Position numbers and translations under genes: made by a program
The notes under the pieces: model-generated
Seen by the model: only the letters and a program-made list of their open reading frames with translations
Database searches by the model: none
What the model was told of the DNA's origin: nothing
From: an uncultured delta proteobacterium
GTDB taxonomy: Bacteria; Desulfobacterota; Binatia; Binatales; Binataceae
Direction of reading: 5' to 3'
DNA: 64,000 nucleotides
Assembly: GCA_963765675.1 (NCBI GenBank)
Contig: CAVXXK010000004.1
Coordinates: forward strand, 1 to 64,000
In this document: in pieces, positions 59,944 through 64,000 of the stretch
Layout of the letters: each line of letters begins with the position of its first letter
Numbering within the stretch: the stretch's first letter is position 1

Positions 59944-61074
59944 TCACGCGGGCATCGGCGGAGCTTCGGGGCCGCGCTTGGACTTCTCGTCGCGTTTCGA
60001 GTTCTGCTTGCCCTCGGCAAATTCCGGCATCACGTATTTCGCGAAGCGCTCGAGGCTCGCCAGCACCTTCGGATGCGGTATCTGCTGGTCGAAGTTGATC
60101 ATGCAGACCACGCGCTCGACGCCGACTTCTTCCCAGTAGCGCAGATTCTCAACGATCTGCTCGGGCGTGCCGACCGGAAAGCCTTCGCGCAGCGACTGGA
60201 TTTCCGCCTGGCTGAGCAGCGCGGTCGCATTGGCCTGAGCAGTGTACGCATGCGACGGATAGATCCCGCCGAGGCCGACCAGATGCGCCGCGGTGCGAAA
60301 GAAATTGAACGCCGCGCCGCCGCCGACCGCGCGCGCCTCATTCTCGTCTTCGCCGCAATACATCCAGCTCGCGGCGTTGACCTGGTTGTTCACGAATTTG
60401 CCGACCGGATCGCAATGTTTGATGATACGCCGGTAGTCGGATACGAGGCGCTTGTAATCGGCCGGCGTTCCGAGCGTCACGCCCAGCATCCCAATTCCGC
60501 GCTCGGCCGCTTGCACGGCGGTCTCGGGCGACGAGACCGCGACCCACATAGGAGGATGCGGATCCTGGATCGGCTTGGGCAGCACGTTGCGCGGGGGCAT
60601 CTTGAAGTACTTGCCGTTCCACTCGAACTCGTCCTCGGTCCACATCCGCGGGATCGCGCGGATTACTTCGTCCCACATTTCTTTGGTTGCATCCGGATCG
60701 ATTCCGAACGCGCCGACCTCGGTCCAGGTGGCTGAGCGTCCGGTGCCGAATTCGAGACGGCCGTTGGAAATCAAATCGAGCGCGGCAGCGCGTTCCGCGA
60801 TTCGGGCCGGATGATTCATCGGCGGCAGGCATACCGCGATTCCCTGGCCGATCCGGATGCGCTTGGTGCGGGCCGCGGCGGCAGCGAGGAAAACCTCGGG
60901 CGCGGATGAATGCGAATACTCCTCGAGAAAATGATGCTCGACTTCCCAGACCTGGTCGAAGCCGAGCTCGTCGGCAAGCTCTATCTGTTCGAGCGCCTGC
61001 TGATAAGCGCGCAACTCGGACTGGCGGGTCCACGGCTTCTGCACCGAATGTTCGTAGAAGATTCCGAATTTCAT
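59944..61074 (-). CDS. Luciferase-like (LLM) flavin-dependent oxidoreductase
   Basis: MKFGIFYE, ADELGFD.VW.VEHHF, LDLISNGRLEFGTGR, PKPIQDPHPP. Confidence 0.92.
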   Translation of the reverse strand: MKFGIFYEHSVQKPWTRQSELRAYQQALEQIELADELGFDQVWEVEHHFLEEYSHSSAPEVFLAAAAARTKRIRIGQGIAVCLPPMNHPARIAERAAALDLISNGRLEFGTGRSATWTEVGAFGIDPDATKEMWDEVIRAIPRMWTEDEFEWNGKYFKMPPRNVLPKPIQDPHPPMWVAVSSPETAVQAAERGIGMLGVTLGTPADYKRLVSDYRRIIKHCDPVGKFVNNQVNAASWMYCGEDENEARAVGGGAAFNFFRTAAHLVGLGGIYPSHAYTAQANATALLSQAEIQSLREGFPVGTPEQIVENLRYWEEVGVERVVCMINFDQQIPHPKVLASLERFAKYVMPEFAEGKQNSKRDEKSKRGPEAPPMPA

Positions 61075-61105
61075 ATCCGTACTCCGAGTAGATCCGACGC
61101 TGCAA

Positions 61106-61975
61106 TCAGTTGAGCTTCACCAGGCTCGGACACCATCCGAGCCCCACTACTCCCGGTCCGCAGTATGCGCCCGCCGAGGGTCCGAGCTCGGTGGTGACGA
61201 TACGCTTGCACCTGAGACGCGCTTTCGCCAACTCGGCGAGCTTGGCCGCGCCGCCGGGATTCGCGCCGTGCGCTACCACGACGGTCGCCTCCGCGCCGGA
61301 GAGCTCGGCCTCCGCGCGCGCGAGCATCTTCTCGATATTTTCCGCCTGGGTTTTCGACTTGTCCACGACCGCAACCCGGCCCCAGATTCGGATCAGCGGC
61401 ACGGTGCCCTTGAGGCTTCCGACGTTCATTTCGTAAATCGAGATCCGGCCGTCGCGCTGCAGAAATTCGGTCGTCGCGGGAGCGAGAAAGGTATCGATCT
61501 GCGGGGTCGCTTCTTCGATCGCTGCGACGGTTTCGGCCAGCGTAGCGCCGCGCATCGCCATCTCGGCCGCTTCGATACAGATCGCGCCGAGCGCGGTGAG
61601 CGCGCGGCCGGTGTTCAGCACCTCGACGGCGATCTGGCTGTCGCGCTTGGCGACGACCGCCGCTGCGTACGCGGCAGTGTAGGTCGAGCACGATTCGAAA
61701 GGATTGATCAGGCAAAGGATCTGCTGGCCGCGCTCGTGCGCCTTGCGAAACGCCGCGAGAAAATCCGCCGGCATCGCGGCCGCGATGACCGGCAATCGCG
61801 GTTCGCCCGGCAATCGGCGATAGAACTCGCCGCGAGCGAGCGTGTCGTCGCGGAAATACTCGGTCGAGAATGCGACCTGAATCGGCGCAACCTCGATTCC
61901 GAGCCGGCTGATTTCGCCGGCCGGCAGGTCGACGCTCGAGTCGGTTACGATCGATAGAGTTTGAGCCACTTCCAT
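61106..61975 (-). CDS. DegV/FakB-family lipid-binding protein
   Basis: IVTDSSVDLP, EFLQRDGRI, ELGP..G..GPGVVG. Confidence 0.85.
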   Translation of the reverse strand: MEVAQTLSIVTDSSVDLPAGEISRLGIEVAPIQVAFSTEYFRDDTLARGEFYRRLPGEPRLPVIAAAMPADFLAAFRKAHERGQQILCLINPFESCSTYTAAYAAAVVAKRDSQIAVEVLNTGRALTALGAICIEAAEMAMRGATLAETVAAIEEATPQIDTFLAPATTEFLQRDGRISIYEMNVGSLKGTVPLIRIWGRVAVVDKSKTQAENIEKMLARAEAELSGAEATVVVAHGANPGGAAKLAELAKARLRCKRIVTTELGPSAGAYCGPGVVGLGWCPSLVKLN

Positions 61976-62062
61976 ACCATTCGTTCAAGGATTTGGTTGA
62001 TCAGCGAATAGCGCGCGCCTGCTCGCGCGTCAAGTCGAGCCTAACGAGCGTTCGGTAGCCGT

Positions 62063-62306
62063 GGGTTCGTTTAGGCGATTTTGGTGGTTGGCATTTTAGA
62101 TTATCCAGCAAAACCAAGGGCTTTTGATCCAGAAACACCAGTTCGTTTTACTTTTTTCATAGACTCGCTTTTCGTCGGAGCAAATCTCGCGGCGGCGTCC
62201 GGCACGCATCACAATGATCGCACACCGCGCCAAATAAGATAAGGCTGAATAGCCTTGACAAAAATTTTGTCGCCCCAAAAACGACGATCGCCTTTCGATT
62301 GTCAAG
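62063..62306. other. AT-rich non-coding motif array, copy B (similar to 12074-12410)
   Basis: GGGTTCGTTT, TGGCATTTT, CCAGCAAAAC, GGCTTT, GTTCGTTTT, TTTTCGTCG, hairpin AAGGCTGAATAGCCTT, AATTTTGT, GTCAAG. Confidence 0.5.
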
Positions 62307-62419
62307 GGAAACGTAAGGTCTGCTGAGCCCTTATCGCGCGGCGATGACGCAGCAGTTTATCCGGAGGTCTGCGCACGATAGACTTCTTGAACTTGCTGCC
62401 GGAGACGCAGCATCACGCA

Positions 62420-64000
62420 ATGGACGAACGTTACGACCCAAAACGAATCGAACCCTTCTGGCAGGCCGAGTGGGAGCGCGCCGATCTTTATCGCACGAGC
62501 GACGCTCCCGGGCGGCCGAAGTTCTACGTGCTCGAGATGTTCCCCTACCCTTCCGGCAACGGGCTGAGCGTCGGGCATCTGCACAATTACGTCCCGTGCG
62601 ACGTGATCGGCCGCTACAAAAGGATGACCGGGTTCAACGTGCTGCATCCGATGGGATGGGACGCGTTCGGATTGCCGGCGGAAAACGAAGCGCTCCTGCG
62701 CGGTGCGCATCCGACTGAAACCGTTCCGCGCTATGCCGCGAACTTCAAGCGCCAGCTCACGATCTCCGGATGCGCCTACGACTGGTCACGCGAGATCAAT
62801 TCGTCGTCGCCCGAGTACTACCGATGGACGCAGTGGTTCTTCCTGATGCTGCTGAAGCGCGGACTCGCGTACCGCGCGACGGGATCGCAATGGTGGTGCG
62901 ACAAGTGCCGCACGATCCTGGCCAACGAGCAGGTGGTCAACGGATGCTGTTGGCGGCATCCGGACAACCCGGTGACCAAGAAAGATCTCGAGCAGTGGTA
63001 CATCAAGATCACCGACTACGCTGACCGCTTGCTCGAGGACCTGGACGAGATCGATTGGCCCGAGCCGATTAAGCTGATGCAGCGCAACTGGATCGGCCGC
63101 AGCGAGGGCGCGGAACTCGCTTTCCCTGTGGCCGGGCATCAGGGCAAAGAAGTGCGCTTCTTCACCACGCGGCCCGACACCGTGTTTGGCGTGTCGTTCA
63201 TGGTGCTCGCGCCAGAGCATCCGCTGGTCGCGCAGATCACGACCGATGCGCAACGCTCGGCGGTCGAGCAGTACGCATCCGAGGCGCGTCGCCAGAGCGA
63301 GATCGAGCGGCTTTCCACCGTCAAGGAGAAAACCGGGGTCTTCACCGGCGCGTACGCGCACAATGTTTTCACGAAAAAAGACATTCCGATCTGGATCGCG
63401 GATTACGTGCTGATGGGCTACGGCACCGGCGCGATAATGGCCGCGCCCGGAGAGGATCAACGCGACTTCGAGTTCGCGACGAAGTACGGCCTCGAGATTC
63501 CGCGCGTCACCGCGCCTGCCGACGGGTCGGCGCCGCCGAAAGATCGCGCGTTCACGGAGCACGGCGTCGCGGTCAACTCCGGCTTCCTTGATGGCAAGAC
63601 GACGGTCGACGCGATTCGCGCGGTGTGTGACTTCGCAGAGCGGGGCCGAATCGGCAGTCCTACTATCAGCTACCGGATGCGCGATTGGCTGATCTCGCGG
63701 CAGCGTTACTGGGGATGCCCGATTCCGATCGTTTATTGCAAGGCCGAATGCGGGATCGTTCCAGTGCCTGAGGATCAACTGCCCGTGCTTCTGCCCGCAA
63801 TGAAGGACTATCAGCCGTCGGGAACGGGGCGTTCGCCGCTCGCCAACGTGCCGGAGTTCGTCAACACGACTTGTCCGCGATGCGGCGGACCGGCGGAGCG
63901 CGAGACCGACACGCTGGACGGCTTCGCGTGCTCGTCGTGGTATTTTCTGCGCTTCGCGTCACCGCATGAGGATCGCGCGCCGTTCGATCGCGCGGCGGTC
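62420..64000 (+). CDS. leuS: Leucine--tRNA ligase, 5' part (runs off the window; absent from the ORF track)
   Basis: Translated by hand: KFYVLEMFPYPSG.GLSVGH, HPMGWDAFGLPAEN, LANEQV, MQRNWIGRSEG, FTTRPDT, GYGTGAIM, RDWLISRQRYWGCPIP, RETDT. Confidence 0.96.
   Translation, partial: MDERYDPKRIEPFWQAEWERADLYRTSDAPGRPKFYVLEMFPYPSGNGLSVGHLHNYVPCDVIGRYKRMTGFNVLHPMGWDAFGLPAENEALLRGAHPTETVPRYAANFKRQLTISGCAYDWSREINSSSPEYYRWTQWFFLMLLKRGLAYRATGSQWWCDKCRTILANEQVVNGCCWRHPDNPVTKKDLEQWYIKITDYADRLLEDLDEIDWPEPIKLMQRNWIGRSEGAELAFPVAGHQGKEVRFFTTRPDTVFGVSFMVLAPEHPLVAQITTDAQRSAVEQYASEARRQSEIERLSTVKEKTGVFTGAYAHNVFTKKDIPIWIADYVLMGYGTGAIMAAPGEDQRDFEFATKYGLEIPRVTAPADGSAPPKDRAFTEHGVAVNSGFLDGKTTVDAIRAVCDFAERGRIGSPTISYRMRDWLISRQRYWGCPIPIVYCKAECGIVPVPEDQLPVLLPAMKDYQPSGTGRSPLANVPEFVNTTCPRCGGPAERETDTLDGFACSSWYFLRFASPHEDRAPFDRAAV

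Noticed and set aside
62300-62419. T-box riboswitch upstream of leuS
   Set aside because: No T-box consensus (GGTGGNACCGCG) or terminator/antiterminator pair was seen.

Overview
High-GC bacterial chromosome segment. The gene content (DUF1329, LLM and F420-type oxidoreductases, GTP-PEPCK, deltaproteobacterial-style dcw cluster) suggests a Candidatus Binatia-like organism; this is an inference. Positions 1-22 kb are accessory-rich. They hold a 3' tRNA-Glu fragment (probable att site), a frameshifted CEMIP/TMEM2-like G8 protein, an NHL-repeat lipoprotein, a DHODH-like protein lacking its catalytic residue, a DUF1902/HicA pair and a complete IS1595-family element (15162-17306; TIRs plus 8-bp TSD) carrying a HEPN-like passenger gene. 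Next to the IS is a TetR-led operon of three ferritin-like proteins and two small paralogous proteins, the best candidate for an undescribed system. Positions 22-41 kb contain pckG and an mraZ-to-ftsZ dcw cluster that lacks murF and ddl. Positions 41-64 kb contain an orphan BrxC/DUF6079-like ATPase, lipid/CoA catabolic genes, Mrp, a GT2, a heterodimeric ABC exporter, a DegV-LLM-ADC-like operon and the 5' part of leuS (SVGH in place of HIGH). A similar ~250-340 bp non-coding motif array occurs twice (12.1 kb and 62.1 kb), and several REP-like palindrome families are present. Five frameshifts fall in the first 19 kb and may be sequencing errors. All family assignments come from motif recognition by eye, not database searches.
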